Positions 43,350 to 54,777 are shown, counted from the first letter of the stretch. The stretch is DNA of 64,000 nucleotides from an uncultured delta proteobacterium (GCA_963767925.1 CAVYGB010000008.1:2080001-2144000); one strand, 5' to 3'. The notes: a model not told the origin generated them from the sequence alone. Numbers and translations: made by a program.

Positions 43350-43722
43350 TTCGCCTTTTCGTGGACGCACGATCCGCTGTGGCCAGCGAAGACGAGGGAC
43401 GCTCGCTCCTGGAGGGCTGTCTCGAGCTGATCGGATGCAACGTCCTGATCGCGGAGAACGCTTTGCAGGCGCTCGGCCACGTCGGCCTGGAACAAGATCC
43501 GCTGCCCGACCTGGTCATTCTCGGGCTACCCCCACAAGCCAGAAGAACGTTACTCGAAAGGATACGACGGGACCCGAGATCGGAACGGCGCCGATCCTGA
43601 TCATGGGCGCGGCCAGCAACGATGGTCCAGGCTCTCCGGGGTCGTTGCTCGACAAGCCGGCACGCCTCTCGGCGGTGATGGAGACGATCCGCCGGTATCT
43701 GGAGGCCGAGGCCTCGGCTTGA
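43350..43722 (+). pseudogene. Degenerate receiver-domain gene
   Basis: RSLLEGCLELIGCNVLIAENALQAL...PDLVIL; frameshift; LLDKP. Confidence 0.55.
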
Positions 43723-43917
43723 GTGAGCTCCGACGGTCACTCCGGGTCACGCCTTGTCCCGCAACTCCCGTCTGTACTCAGGGCGCTGTGGAAGGGACCC
43801 GTCATCTCGTCCGCAATGCATACAGCCACCGCCCGTGTGGTTCGCCACTGGACCCAAGCCCTCAGATGACCCCGTCAACCGACGATCGTTCCGGGCCGAG
43901 TCTGCCGCTCCGATGGC

Positions 43918-46071
43918 TCAAGGACAGGCAGGGTATCGCAGTCCACATTCTCGAGCCTTGATCCAGGAGAGCTTTCGTCGCGCCAGGCCACTCAGCCGCC
44001 GGTATTCGTCCGGGTACTGCGCCGCGATGTCCGTGCGCTCGAGCGGGTCGTGTCGCCAATCGACCAGCCTGGCTGAACCCCGCACCACATCGTGGATGAG
44101 ATAGTGGTCATGCGTGCGGACTCCGATCTCGAGGAAGCCGCCGCGCTGGCTCTGATGGAGCTCGGGCGCGAAGCGGAGCGAATACTGCAGGGTTCGCTCC
44201 ACCGGCGCCCCGTCGAACAACACCGTCAGGAGGCTCGAGCCTACCCACCGGTCGCTCGGCTCCAGCCCGATGACGTCTGCGATCGTAGGCAGGACGTCCG
44301 CGTGACTGACCAGGCCGTTCACGGTGGAGCCTCTCCCCTTGGGCGCCTGGATCAGCAGCGGTACGTGCAGGACGCTGGTGAGTATGGATCCCGAATGGTG
44401 CTTCTCCAAATGATTGGCATCGAACGACTCGCCGTGGTCCGAGGTGAAGATGGTGAGGTACCGCTCAGCGGGCCAGGCCTGCTCCACATGTTCAAGCAGC
44501 CGGCCCCAGTGATGGTCGGCGAACCGAAGCTCGGCGTCGTATATGTCCTCCTGCTCGCGCCCTTCGTCGAATGGCCTGATCTCTCCACTCAGCTCGAAGG
44601 GGAGATGGTGGTCGAAGTAGTGCACCCAGAGGAACAGCGGCTGATCGCCAGGCTGACCGTCGATGTAGCGGAGCGCGGCGTCGGTGACCTCGGGCGCGGT
44701 ATGGATGGGATCCTTCGCTCGGATGCAGACGTCATCGACAACGTCGAAACCCACGGTGTGCCAGCCGCGTCCGCCGTTGAGGAAGAACTGGCCGCCCGGT
44801 ATATGAACCGTGCGGTAGCCCACCTGCTTGAGCAGCTGGGCCATGGTGGCCATGTCCTCGGCGTAGGGAAAAGGCGGAGTGCGATCGGGTTTCAAGCGAG
44901 CCTGCGCGTTGAAGATTCCGGCCAGGAGGCCCGGAAACGCGGTGCGGGTGGCTGCACTTAGAGAAAATGCCGTGGAGAAGCTGGTTGCCCGTGAGGCCCA
45001 TTGGGCCAGCCGAGGCGCGGTGTCGCGCCGATAGCCCCCAAGCGTCGTGTGGGAGAAGGAAAGCGAGTCGGTCGTGATCAAAACGATGTGGGGCCGCCGG
45101 TGCAAGCCCGGCGGGCGCGGCTGGACCCTTCTTGGCTCGCCGGACTGCTCCGTGCCGGCGGCCTCCTCTTCGGCCAAATCCGCGTCGGGGTCCCTGGTTT
45201 TCGCGACTGCGAACGCCAAGAGCTGCTGTGAGGCGCTGGTCAGGTTCGGCGACAGCACGAAGTGTGACCTCGCCAGATCGGACGATTGGCCTGCCCAGGA
45301 ACATGGAAGAACGATGACCATCAGCGCTAGAGCGGATCTCCCCGCGCCGACGGCACCGACAATAGCATGGCTGACGGCCCATGACAGCGCCAGCCCGCAG
45401 GCCGCACCCGCCGCCAGGTCCCATGGAAGGTGGACCATGACACCGCGGCTGCGGAGCCACGCTGCCGTCAGCCCCGTCAGGACGAGCACGCCCGCCCCCC
45501 CCAGTGCGGTTCCCGGTGTCGCAAAGCGGGTCAAGGCCGGCTTCTTCCGAAGCGAGAGCTGGACAGCCCAGCCGAGCGTACCGGCCAGCAGCGGGACCGC
45601 CATCGCCACGACCAGGGCGAGGGCACTACTCACGGCGAGGATCAGAGCGACCAGGAAGGTAGGCGTGCGAACGTGGTGGGCCATGTTCGAGCCTGCCGCT
45701 ACGCTGGCGACTGCCCAGAGCCCGACCCCCCCCAGGACGGCCCCGGTCCACACTGCGCGCCGACTCGCGGTGGCAGCGTCGGCCGGGCTCAGCCAGCGGC
45801 GTATTCGAGCCGCGAGCGCCGCGAAGGGCCGCTCCACCCCGAGCGCGCGGCTCCAGCTCTCCTGAACCGCCAAGGTCGCCATTCCCGCCAGCGGCCACAC
45901 GGGCGCCGTCGCTGCGACCCCGAGTAGTCCCGCGCGCCAGCTCAGGTCCGGTTGACGCCAGATTCCGTACCCCCCTTCCCCCATGGCCCAGCCTGCGACG
46001 AAGCTGGCGCCGGTCACGAAAGCGGCTAATCGATAGGAGGACCTGGTAGGCGGCTCAGAGGCGTGAGGCAA
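43918..46071 (-). CDS. Membrane-anchored sulfatase-like (alkaline phosphatase superfamily) hydrolase/transferase
   Basis: Multi-TM N-terminus; HIVLITTDSL, WVHYFDHH, FTSDHGE, DVLPTI; no C/S-x-P-x-R motif. Confidence 0.85.
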   Translation of the reverse strand: MPHASEPPTRSSYRLAAFVTGASFVAGWAMGEGGYGIWRQPDLSWRAGLLGVAATAPVWPLAGMATLAVQESWSRALGVERPFAALAARIRRWLSPADAATASRRAVWTGAVLGGVGLWAVASVAAGSNMAHHVRTPTFLVALILAVSSALALVVAMAVPLLAGTLGWAVQLSLRKKPALTRFATPGTALGGAGVLVLTGLTAAWLRSRGVMVHLPWDLAAGAACGLALSWAVSHAIVGAVGAGRSALALMVIVLPCSWAGQSSDLARSHFVLSPNLTSASQQLLAFAVAKTRDPDADLAEEEAAGTEQSGEPRRVQPRPPGLHRRPHIVLITTDSLSFSHTTLGGYRRDTAPRLAQWASRATSFSTAFSLSAATRTAFPGLLAGIFNAQARLKPDRTPPFPYAEDMATMAQLLKQVGYRTVHIPGGQFFLNGGRGWHTVGFDVVDDVCIRAKDPIHTAPEVTDAALRYIDGQPGDQPLFLWVHYFDHHLPFELSGEIRPFDEGREQEDIYDAELRFADHHWGRLLEHVEQAWPAERYLTIFTSDHGESFDANHLEKHHSGSILTSVLHVPLLIQAPKGRGSTVNGLVSHADVLPTIADVIGLEPSDRWVGSSLLTVLFDGAPVERTLQYSLRFAPELHQSQRGGFLEIGVRTHDHYLIHDVVRGSARLVDWRHDPLERTDIAAQYPDEYRRLSGLARRKLSWIKARECGLRYPACP

Positions 46072-46726
46072 TCACGTCTCCCGACTTCGGCCCATCATGC
46101 CGCCAAGCGAAGTACCTGTTGCCATTGCACGACAGACGGGCCGATTCATAGGGTCTCGAGTCTGCGATTGCAATATCGATTCCTACCGCTCACGCGGCCA
46201 CTACTCACGACGAGACAGTCGCCGGCCCACAGAATGCGCTGAGCGGCCCCGCAAATCTCCCGACGGCAAATGCATCCTGCAAGCCTCCACGGCGGGGTGG
46301 CCGTCACCCTTGCCAACGCGTCGCCATTGAGGCGTACCGCCGCTGGCCCCGGTCACGGGTGTATCAATGAACTATGTTCGTTCCGCTGCGCTGGAGGTGG
46401 AGGAACGCCCGACCTCTGCTCCGGGCCCAAGCGCGCCGGACGTCTCTCGGCGCGCGTCGACTCGGCGTAGCTTTTCTGTACAGACATCGTTCGAGTCGTG
46501 CCCCAAGCCCGTCGACGGGCGGTCCGCCATCTACAAATGCAGCGCTCGTCTGATAGAGCCACTCAATTGCTGGACGGCAAAACGCGAGAGTGCGTTTGCC
46601 CCGTGCAATGATGTCCGCCCAAACTGCCTGACACCCCATCGGGCGCGGCTAATGGATCCAGACCGAGCGAAATTGGATTCACCCGAAGGAAGAGCGACAC
46701 GGGTCCGATGGGGCCACTGAATAGGC

Positions 46727-47698
46727 ATGAGCAATCAAAACTGGAAAAAGTCCTATCAGCGCTACCAGGCCGTCCCTGGCTCGGCCTTGCCAAGCCACAG
46801 CGGCCCGACTGGTTTCTTGATTGCGGGGCTCTTTGCTGCCAGCTGCATACCGGACGAAAATCTGGTCGGTGGTCAACGTCACTCCAGCGCACAGAACAGC
46901 AGGGGGGAAGCCACTCCCGCTGCGGTGACTCCGCCATCAACTGCACCCTTTCCGTCTTACTCGGGGTCTACGCCCGTTGGCCCCGCTTCGATCGATCCTC
47001 CCGCCGCATCACCCACCGGGAATCCGACAGAGCCGAATCCACCCCCGGCAGAAGCACTCCGCGAGAGATCGGCCTGGCTCGTCGTTGGCAACGCAGACAA
47101 TCGAAACAGCGGCGACGACCGTTTGTTCGACACACTGGAACGCCTGGGGTTTCGCGTCGCATTAATAGACGACAGCGAAGACGGTCGAGACGCGCGAAAC
47201 TTCGGCCTCGTCGTGATCTCGGCCAGCGTCGTCGCAGGGCTCATCGAAGACGAGTACCTGCATGTCAGGGTGCCCGTCCTCGTGATGGACTCCGACCTTT
47301 ACGAGCACATGAGGATGACCAATGATCGCAACGGGAGGGATTTCGGCACCACGAACGCCCGTCAGCTAGAGATCGAGGACGGAAGCCATCCGATCGCCGC
47401 CGGACTGAGGGGCCGGATTGACGTTTCGAACCGCAACACCCGCCTCCACTGGGGAGAGCCATCCGCCGAGGCGAGCGTCATCGCAACCCTGGTCAACCAG
47501 GCGAGAAGGGCGACCATCTTCGCGTACGAGGCCGACGCCAACATGGAGGGGCAGAGGGCGCCGCACCGCCGGGTCGGCTTCTTTGCCAGCGATCAGCTCG
47601 TCGACGAGCTCGGGCCAGAAGGCGAGGCACTGCTCGAAGCGGCGGTCATCTGGACCTGGTCAGGTCAAGCCGCGGTCCGCCCCGCCGCCCTCCGCTAG
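46727..47698 (+). CDS. Secreted/lipoprotein hypothetical with Pro-rich linker
   Basis: AASC lipobox-like segment, Pro/Ser linker, globular C-terminal domain. Confidence 0.7.
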   Translation: MSNQNWKKSYQRYQAVPGSALPSHSGPTGFLIAGLFAASCIPDENLVGGQRHSSAQNSRGEATPAAVTPPSTAPFPSYSGSTPVGPASIDPPAASPTGNPTEPNPPPAEALRERSAWLVVGNADNRNSGDDRLFDTLERLGFRVALIDDSEDGRDARNFGLVVISASVVAGLIEDEYLHVRVPVLVMDSDLYEHMRMTNDRNGRDFGTTNARQLEIEDGSHPIAAGLRGRIDVSNRNTRLHWGEPSAEASVIATLVNQARRATIFAYEADANMEGQRAPHRRVGFFASDQLVDELGPEGEALLEAAVIWTWSGQAAVRPAALR

Positions 47699-47770
47699 AA
47701 CCAGGCGATCCCGAAATCCACCAGCTTGACCACATCCCCCGCGCCCGTGATCAGCTGGTCCCTCGTGATT
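47695..47770 (-). pseudogene. Short Ser/Thr protein kinase fragment
   Basis: LITGAGDVVKLVDFGIA. Confidence 0.5.
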
Positions 47771-47845
47771 GCTCTGGCGAGGCTCACCGACCGTGCGCGA
47801 GCCCCGCAGCGTCCCATTCCGGACTGAGGTCGCTCTCGCGGTGTT

Positions 47846-49231
47846 TCAGGCGGCCGTCGACGACCCCGCCTCCGCTGCGTTGCGGGCCGCGTTAGGCTCG
47901 AACCCGCGCGACGGAAGGAAGCGACCAGCGACCAGTCCCAGGACCCCAGCCGCGGCCGAGGCACACAGAATCGCCAGCTTCGCGGCTTCCAGTTGCACCC
48001 CCCGGGGAAACGCCAACGTGGCGATGAACAGTGCCATCGTGAAGCCGATGCCTGCCACGACACCCAGCACCAGAAGCTGAAGCCATCCGATTCCGGCGGG
48101 CAACACGGCTATCCGAGATCGCACGGCGATCCAGGAAAGCCCCAGGACACCCAGAGGTTTCCCCAGAACCAGCCCGGCGGTCACACCGAGGAACACGGCT
48201 CCCGTTCCGCCGGTCAGTTTTGCGTCCGCCAGCGAGATACCCGCGTTCGCCAGGGCGAAGATCGGCATGATGACGTACGCGACCCAGCCGTGAAGCGCGT
48301 GTTCGAGCCGCTCCACGGGCGCGACGGCCTCGCGCAGCGGCAGGTGCAACTCGGCGGCCGTCGCTACCACTCCGCGACGGTCGACCTCGTCGGTCCGGAG
48401 CGCCTCCGCCGTGGCCGTGGCGTGATCCGCCAGCTCGCGGGCACCGAACCACGGGCGAACCGGGGTAAGAACGCCCACCACCACGCCCGCCAGCGTCGGA
48501 TGCACTCCCGCCGCGTACGTGCCGGCCCAGACCACCAGCCCGGGAATCAGATAGGCCCAGGCCCGCCTCACTCCGAGCTTCTGAAAAGCCAGGAGGAGCA
48601 CCAACCCCGCCAGCGCCAGGCCAAGACCCGACAGATGGATTCCCGACGAATAGAACAGAGCAATGACGACGATGGCGCCGAGGTCATCAATCACGGCCAC
48701 CGCCAGCAGCAGGATACGCAACGCGGGGGGCACGCGTTTGCCCAGCAACGCCAGCACGCCCATGGCGAAGGCGATGTCGGTCGCCATCGGCACACCCCAT
48801 CCGCGGACAGCCGCAGTACCGCCGTTGAGCGCGACATAGATGCAAGCTGGCGCGATCATGCCACCAAGCGCCGCAACAAGCGGCAGCGCCGCCCCTCGCA
48901 GCTCGCTGAGCTCACCGCCATGAGTCTCCCGGCGGATCTCGAGACCAACGACGAAGAAGAACACGACCATCAACCCCTCGTTGATCCAGAAATGCAGGTC
49001 GCGTTCGAAGGACAGGGGTCCAAGGCGGAAGCCCACGGCGCTGTGCCACAGCGCCTGATAGCTGTCCCGCCACGGGGAGTTGGCCCAGATGAGCGCTACA
49101 CAGGCCGCCACGAGCAGCAGGATGCCGCTCGATGCCTCGATCGAGAGGAAGCGCTCGACCGGTGCAATGATCCGTTTGGCCGCCGCCCGGGCAGCCGGCC
49201 AGACCTCGGGAGGTGGGGGAATGGTTCTCAT
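47846..49231 (-). CDS. nhaA: Na+/H+ antiporter NhaA
   Basis: WINEGLM, GWGVPMATDIAFA, AVIDDLGAI, LGKPLG, GIGFTM. Confidence 0.95.
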   Translation of the reverse strand: MRTIPPPPEVWPAARAAAKRIIAPVERFLSIEASSGILLLVAACVALIWANSPWRDSYQALWHSAVGFRLGPLSFERDLHFWINEGLMVVFFFVVGLEIRRETHGGELSELRGAALPLVAALGGMIAPACIYVALNGGTAAVRGWGVPMATDIAFAMGVLALLGKRVPPALRILLLAVAVIDDLGAIVVIALFYSSGIHLSGLGLALAGLVLLLAFQKLGVRRAWAYLIPGLVVWAGTYAAGVHPTLAGVVVGVLTPVRPWFGARELADHATATAEALRTDEVDRRGVVATAAELHLPLREAVAPVERLEHALHGWVAYVIMPIFALANAGISLADAKLTGGTGAVFLGVTAGLVLGKPLGVLGLSWIAVRSRIAVLPAGIGWLQLLVLGVVAGIGFTMALFIATLAFPRGVQLEAAKLAILCASAAAGVLGLVAGRFLPSRGFEPNAARNAAEAGSSTAA

Positions 49232-49431
49232 GGGGACGCCGCTGATCTCCGCCGGAAGACACGAGTGGGCCTTGCATCGGCGCGGCGGCCTGGCCACCCG
49301 AGGAGCCTGCGGCCGGCACGGCCGCGCCCTCGGAGTTAGAGTGCGGTCTTTCGTCACCATCGGTCAAGTCTGATGGGGCCGGCGGCCTCCTTAGCAGCGC
49401 TCAGGTCGCCTTCATCTCGGTCCTTCCCCGC

Positions 49432-49896
49432 GTGGTCCGTTGCCCTCGCCCGGGCCTCGCGTGGCACCGCTGGCATTCGACGGACGAACCGACGGGCGCT
49501 GCTGGCCTCGACACCGCGAACCTACGCGTTTCACCTCGGCGTACGAAGGGGGCATCGCTGGTGCTCGACTGGGAGAGCGCGGCGCAGACGCGGTTCGTTG
49601 GTTCGTTCTCGCGTCGACGGCGGACCGGAGCGGATGCTCTCGACCGCCGCGACCGGATCAACACCTGGCAGGAAGCGGACCTTCCCTCGGTGGGAGACCG
49701 ATCCGTTCGGCTGGAGCTGACCACCGAAGGCCTGACCGCGCCAGCGGGCTTGGGCGATCCGGAGGTCATGATGCCCCGGGCGGACCGGAAGCCAAGTTCA
49801 ATGGCGTTCTCGTCTAGTCTGGCCGGAACGTTGCAGACAGCCCCCGAGCTGCGCCGGCAACTGGAGGCCCTGGGCTACTTCGGGGGCATCAAATGA
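49432..49896 (+). pseudogene. C-terminal fragment of a sulfatase-like protein
   Basis: Ends ELRRQLEALGY, a typical sulfatase-family tail; no catalytic domain. Confidence 0.4.
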
Positions 49897-50867
49897 GGGC
49901 GGCTCTCCTCGGCGCCGCTCCCCTTCGGCGGCAGCAGGACGTGCAGCCAGGACGGAGGCGCGAAGCAAGCTAAGAGAAGGACGACCATGAGCAGTGCGAA
50001 CCATTTCACCGGCCCGAAGCACAGGCCGATGAACGCATGCATGCCCAATCCGAACAGAAGGGCGGGTTTGCGCGTCCACGGGAGCGCAAACCATACGGGC
50101 GCTCCGACTTCGAAGGCGAGCACCAGACCCTGGAAGACCGTCCACATCCAGGCGGGCAAGAGCGACGCCACGAAGAACGCGACCCACGTCTGATACGAAT
50201 CGTGCAGGTGGGTCCACAGCACGTGCGGCTGCCCGAGCCAGTCACCCTGGATCTTGGCGATGCCCGACGTGCAATACAGCACGACCAGCAAGCATTGAAA
50301 GAACCGAACGTTGCCCCAGCTGGCGTGGCTGGAGGGCGCTGGCCCAGCGGGCGTCCGGGTCAGCCAGGCGTCGAAGGACCGGGCCTGACCCGCCGGTGAA
50401 AGGAAGAGCGCCAGCGCGATGACCACCGAGAGCTTGGTCACCGTGAATGCCGCCAGCCGATCAGCGAAGGCGACGTAAGCGAGGCAGAACGTGAAAGCCG
50501 CTGCCGCGATCTTCGTTCGAAGCCCCGCGCTGAGAAGCAGGCCCGAGACCACCAGGGCCACACACAGAAGAACGGCACCCCAGGTCGGCAGCGGCGGCAA
50601 AAAGAGCGGCTGGCGCCAGTCCTTTCCCGCCAGCAGCGGCACGCGAAACCCCTCCACCGAAAGCCAGTCCTGCGGATGAATCAGGCGGGCGGCATAAAAG
50701 CCCAGTATGGCCAGCGGGGCCGCGATCCGGATGGCTGCCAGCCGCACGATAGGCTGAGGAATCAGGAACGCGCGCAGCCAGGCGCGAAAGCGCGCGGCCA
50801 CCGGGAACCTCACGACGGGCGCCACCTCTTTCCGCCGACCCCGACGACCCGGCCGCCCTCGTCTCAT
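49875..50867 (-). CDS. HTTM-domain membrane protein
   Basis: LYCTSGIAKIQGDWL, FEVGAP...WTRK...GLGMHAFI. Confidence 0.82.
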   Translation of the reverse strand: MRRGRPGRRGRRKEVAPVVRFPVAARFRAWLRAFLIPQPIVRLAAIRIAAPLAILGFYAARLIHPQDWLSVEGFRVPLLAGKDWRQPLFLPPLPTWGAVLLCVALVVSGLLLSAGLRTKIAAAAFTFCLAYVAFADRLAAFTVTKLSVVIALALFLSPAGQARSFDAWLTRTPAGPAPSSHASWGNVRFFQCLLVVLYCTSGIAKIQGDWLGQPHVLWTHLHDSYQTWVAFFVASLLPAWMWTVFQGLVLAFEVGAPVWFALPWTRKPALLFGLGMHAFIGLCFGPVKWFALLMVVLLLACFAPPSWLHVLLPPKGSGAEESRPHLMPPK

Positions 50868-51430
50868 TCGGGCTTCACGCAGCGCGCGGCGCGCATCGCT
50901 GTGGGAGTCGAATAGAGCGGCGTGACCGCCTCCGGCGGGTACTTCGCCAGCGTCTTGCGGCGGTAGCGAGCTACGGGTTCCTGGACCCCTGGAACCGGCG
51001 TCCGCGCCGAAGCCAGCCGGACGCCACCGATGCGCCCATTGGCCGACGTGAGCCGCCGGTTGTAGCCGTCTGTGATGTAGGCGTCGAGGGCCTGGAGCAC
51101 CTGGGCGTGACCGCGAAAGAAATACATCGCGCGGGCAAACCGGTTCTCCTTGTCATCGGCCAGAATGGGGAACAGCTGGCGGACATCTATCTCACGGAAG
51201 CTCGAAGAGGCGCAGTCCCAGCCTTCGGCTCGATATTCGCTGTCGTTGCTCTTGGAGGAAGTGAAGAGGCCTGAGATCTGCGACAGGTAAAGCACCGGCT
51301 GCGGTACCGCTCGGTAGAGCCGGCCGGAGATGAACGCGTCCAGGAAAACGAGAGCCAGATAGCCCGCGCCCACCGCTACCAGCAGCCGGCGGAACCAGCG
51401 GGGCCCCCAGTCACGCGCGATGAGCATCAC
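50864..51430 (-). CDS. Membrane-anchored HTTM-partner protein
   Basis: N-terminal TM, SQISGLF; ATGA overlap with HTTM gene. Confidence 0.7.
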   Translation of the reverse strand: MMLIARDWGPRWFRRLLVAVGAGYLALVFLDAFISGRLYRAVPQPVLYLSQISGLFTSSKSNDSEYRAEGWDCASSSFREIDVRQLFPILADDKENRFARAMYFFRGHAQVLQALDAYITDGYNRRLTSANGRIGGVRLASARTPVPGVQEPVARYRRKTLAKYPPEAVTPLYSTPTAMRAARCVKPE

Positions 51431-51491
51431 GCCCTGCCGAGGTTGTCTTGCCCCCCTCTATCAGGCGCATGAATAAAGTGTCGCGATCGTG

Positions 51492-51656
51492 CTAGTCCCC
51501 TGGAAAGGTGATTTCTTGCCTATCTCGCCGGTCCTCTTCGTCCCTGGCTGCGTTGCTCGTCGGTTAAATACGCCGGGTATTCGCCCTCCTCGCGCCTTGC
51601 CAGGAACGAAGATGCCTCGCCGACATATGCAAGCCTTCACCTTTCCAGGGGACTAG
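51492..51656. mobile_element. MITE-like element with CTAG flanks
   Basis: Perfect 20-bp IR CTAGTCCCCTGGAAAGGTGA / TCACCTTTCCAGGGGACTAG, non-coding, nested internal stems. Confidence 0.8.
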
Positions 51657-51750
51657 GCGACCGCGGCACGGGCTACACCAGCCGACAAAGCCCGAGCGAG
51701 CGAAGGGTCAGCCCCCGGCGATGCCCGCCCGTCAGATCTCGAGGAGCGTC

Positions 51751-53643
51751 TCACGCGGCAGCCCTCATTCCCAGGATGGCCCTCAAATCCTCCCTCTCGA
51801 GGGTTTCTTGCTCGAGCAGGCGCGCCACCAGCCCGTCGACGATCTCCCGGCGCCGGGTCAGCTCGACGGTCGCCTCCTGGACGGCTTGACCCAGGATCTT
51901 GCGTGCATCCCCCTCGATGGCCGCCACGGTGGACTCGCTGGTCCCGGAGTCAATCGCCATCCGCTGTCCCAGGAATGGATGTTCCGCATTGTGTTCGTAA
52001 TAGACTGGCCCGAGACGTTCGCTCATCCCGTAGTTGGCCACCATCTTGGATGCCAGCTTGGTAGCCTCGCGGAGGTCGTTCTCGGCGCCGGTCGATATCT
52101 GCCCCAGTATCAACTTCTCGGCGGCGTAGCCCCCCATCAATACGCGCAGCCGAGCCTGCAGCTCCCGCTGGGTGAGAAGATGTCGGTCGCTTCCCGGCAA
52201 CTGATGCGTCACGCCCAGTGCCATGCCCCGGGGGAGGATCGACACGCGATCGGGGGCATCCGTCTCGGGCGAAAAGTGGGCGACGATGGCGTGTCCGGAC
52301 TCGTGCACGGCCACTCGTTTCTTCTCTTCGGGGTCCAGTTTGGCCTCCCGTGGGTCGCCGAGGACGATCTTGTCGAAGGCGGCGGTGAAGTCCTCCGCGG
52401 TGATCTCGTCGCGGCCGACCCGCGTGGCATGGAGTGCCGCCTCGTTGACCAGGTTCGCCAGATCGGCGCCAGAGAACCCAGGTGTTCTCTCGGCGATGCG
52501 TTCGAGTCGAACGTCCCGGCCGACGGGTTTACCTTTCGTGTGCACGCCCAGGATGGCCTTGCGAGCGGCCAGCTCGGGGCGATCGACCACGACTCGGCGG
52601 TCGAACCGGCCGGGCCGCAGAAGCGCTGGATCGAGCACATCGGGACGATTGGTGGCTGCCATCACCACGACCAGCTCGTTACGGTCGAACCCGTCCATCT
52701 CGGATAGCAGCTGGTTGAGGGTCTGCTCTCGCTCGTCGTTTCCGGCGCCCAGCCCTGCACCTCGCGAGCGTCCCACGGCGTCTATTTCGTCGATGAACAC
52801 GATGGCCGGGGTGTTTTTCTTCGCCTCCTGGAAGAGATCACGTACACGCGAGGCTCCGAGGCCGACGAACATTTCGATGAACTCCGAGCCGCTGATGGAA
52901 TAAAAAGGCACCCCCGACTCTCCCGCCACGGCCCGCGCCAGCAAGGTCTTGCCAGTTCCGGGTGGTCCCACCAACAGCACCCCACGCGGGACCTTGCCCC
53001 CCAGCTTGCGAAAGCGCTCGGGCTCGCGAAGAAACTGGACGATCTCCTGCAGATCCTGTTTGGCGGCCTTCAGTCCGGCCACGTCGTCGAACCGGACGTT
53101 CACCGCCTCAGCCTTCTCGAATTTGCGGGAATGACCCTTGAGCATCGCGAAGGGGCCACCCCGGGCCATCATGCTGTTGGCCCGGCGCGACAGCCAGATC
53201 CACACGCCGATGATCAGCCCCCAGGGCAGCAAGGTCATGATCACCTCGACGGCAAAAGGCTGTTTTCGGTTCTCGACTTCGATCCGTACCTGCTTTCCTC
53301 GAAGCAGCGGCAAGAGCGCCTCGTCCTGGACCGGCAGATTGGTGCGGAACTCGAGGATCGATACGCCGTCCTGGGTCTCGGCTTCCTTGAGTCGACCGGT
53401 GAGCGTTTCACCCGCGAGCCTGACCTGCGTGACCTTGCCCTCCTCGACCCAGCGGTAGAAGATCGAGTACGCAAGCGTGGGAACCGCGCTCTGCTCGGCC
53501 GTCGACTTCCAGATCCACATCCCGAGGAACATGGCCAGGAGGATGAACAACATCCGCCTTGACGGCCGGGGGTCAGCGCCGCCAGCCGGGAGCATCGGCC
53601 CGGGCAGGGTAGGCTCCTTCTTGGAATCGTCAGCTCCACTCAT
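51751..53643 (-). CDS. ftsH: ATP-dependent zinc metalloprotease FtsH
   Basis: Two TMs, [27 protein letters not shown]. Confidence 0.96.
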   Translation of the reverse strand: MSGADDSKKEPTLPGPMLPAGGADPRPSRRMLFILLAMFLGMWIWKSTAEQSAVPTLAYSIFYRWVEEGKVTQVRLAGETLTGRLKEAETQDGVSILEFRTNLPVQDEALLPLLRGKQVRIEVENRKQPFAVEVIMTLLPWGLIIGVWIWLSRRANSMMARGGPFAMLKGHSRKFEKAEAVNVRFDDVAGLKAAKQDLQEIVQFLREPERFRKLGGKVPRGVLLVGPPGTGKTLLARAVAGESGVPFYSISGSEFIEMFVGLGASRVRDLFQEAKKNTPAIVFIDEIDAVGRSRGAGLGAGNDEREQTLNQLLSEMDGFDRNELVVVMAATNRPDVLDPALLRPGRFDRRVVVDRPELAARKAILGVHTKGKPVGRDVRLERIAERTPGFSGADLANLVNEAALHATRVGRDEITAEDFTAAFDKIVLGDPREAKLDPEEKKRVAVHESGHAIVAHFSPETDAPDRVSILPRGMALGVTHQLPGSDRHLLTQRELQARLRVLMGGYAAEKLILGQISTGAENDLREATKLASKMVANYGMSERLGPVYYEHNAEHPFLGQRMAIDSGTSESTVAAIEGDARKILGQAVQEATVELTRRREIVDGLVARLLEQETLEREDLRAILGMRAAA

Positions 53644-53862
53644 GAAACACTGCTACCTTCCCTACCACGTCCCGTGGGAGATCGGGTCGACGTCCAACGC
53701 TAGCTGCTGACGGCCAGCTCGAATGTGTTGCTGCAGGAACCTCCGCCCCAATGTAACGAAGGTAGCTGTCGCTTTCGTCTGCTCGCGACGGATTCAGTCG
53801 ACGTGCCGGGAGGCGTGGATTGGCGATGGCGCGCACGTCTGCGCCAATGTAGCGTCCGCCCA

Positions 53863-54777
53863 ATGAGCTTCCCCCTCCGAAGCATCGTGTGTGCGACCGA
53901 CCTCAGCGAGGCATCCGACGAAGCGGTTCGTCAAGCCGGAGCGATCGCGGCACAGGCCGGCGCTCGGCTTGTCGTCGTGAGCGTCGTCCCACACATCGAC
54001 TTCGGTATGGAGGGGGCGCCAGCCATCCCAACGCGGCCCACCCCGGATCCGGGCGATGGCGAGCCGCTCTTGTTATCGGCGATCGGGGATCAGGTCAGGC
54101 GCACGGCCGTGCGAAGCCCGAGCGAGCTCAAGGCGCTGATTACCCGTCGCCCGCCGTACGCGGTCATCGTCGAATACGCCGACCAGATCAAGGCCGATCT
54201 CGTGGTCGTGGGGTCGAGAGGCGGCACTGGATTGCGCCTCTCGCTCCTTGGATCGGTTGCCGAAGCAGTGGTCCGCCATGCCTCGTGCCCTGTCCTGGTC
54301 GCGCGCCCATCACCCGTCAGCGGCCGAATCATCGTGGCCACGGACCTGTCCGATCCGTCACTGCCGGCACTCGTCGCTGCCGACGCAGAGGCGCGCCGGC
54401 GTGGCGCCCGCCTGACCGCGGTCCACTGCCTTGACCTGCCGCCCACGCTGATGGCATTCGGCGCGGCGCCGCTACCGCCCGCGCCTTCCCAGCTCCCTGA
54501 CTCGCGAGCCGCCCTGGTCAAGGATGCCGACGCCCGGCTGCGCGCGGCTCTCCAGGAGGTGGGCATCTCCGGTGCTGAGGTGGCCGTCTATCAGGGACCT
54601 GCCGCCGCTGCGATCACGGAGCACGCCGACACGTCGTCGGCCGAGCTGGTTGTGGTGGGCACGCACGGCAAAACTGGTTTCGTGCGGCTGCTCATCGGCA
54701 GCGTCGCCGAGTCGGTCGCGAGGCACGCGCCGTGCTCGGTGCTGGTCGCTCGCATGCGAACCGTGGCCGGGTCGTGA
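53863..54777 (+). CDS. Tandem-domain universal stress protein
   Basis: IVCATDLS, two GSVAE motifs; paralog of 14315..15247. Confidence 0.92.
   Translation: MSFPLRSIVCATDLSEASDEAVRQAGAIAAQAGARLVVVSVVPHIDFGMEGAPAIPTRPTPDPGDGEPLLLSAIGDQVRRTAVRSPSELKALITRRPPYAVIVEYADQIKADLVVVGSRGGTGLRLSLLGSVAEAVVRHASCPVLVARPSPVSGRIIVATDLSDPSLPALVAADAEARRRGARLTAVHCLDLPPTLMAFGAAPLPPAPSQLPDSRAALVKDADARLRAALQEVGISGAEVAVYQGPAAAAITEHADTSSAELVVVGTHGKTGFVRLLIGSVAESVARHAPCSVLVARMRTVAGS

Noticed and set aside
43918..46071. True formylglycine sulfatase
   Set aside because: Lacks the C/S-x-P-x-R signature; called only sulfatase-like
46097..46720. ORFs or ncRNA in the lower-GC gap before 46727
   Set aside because: No convincing coding signal or structure that I can support
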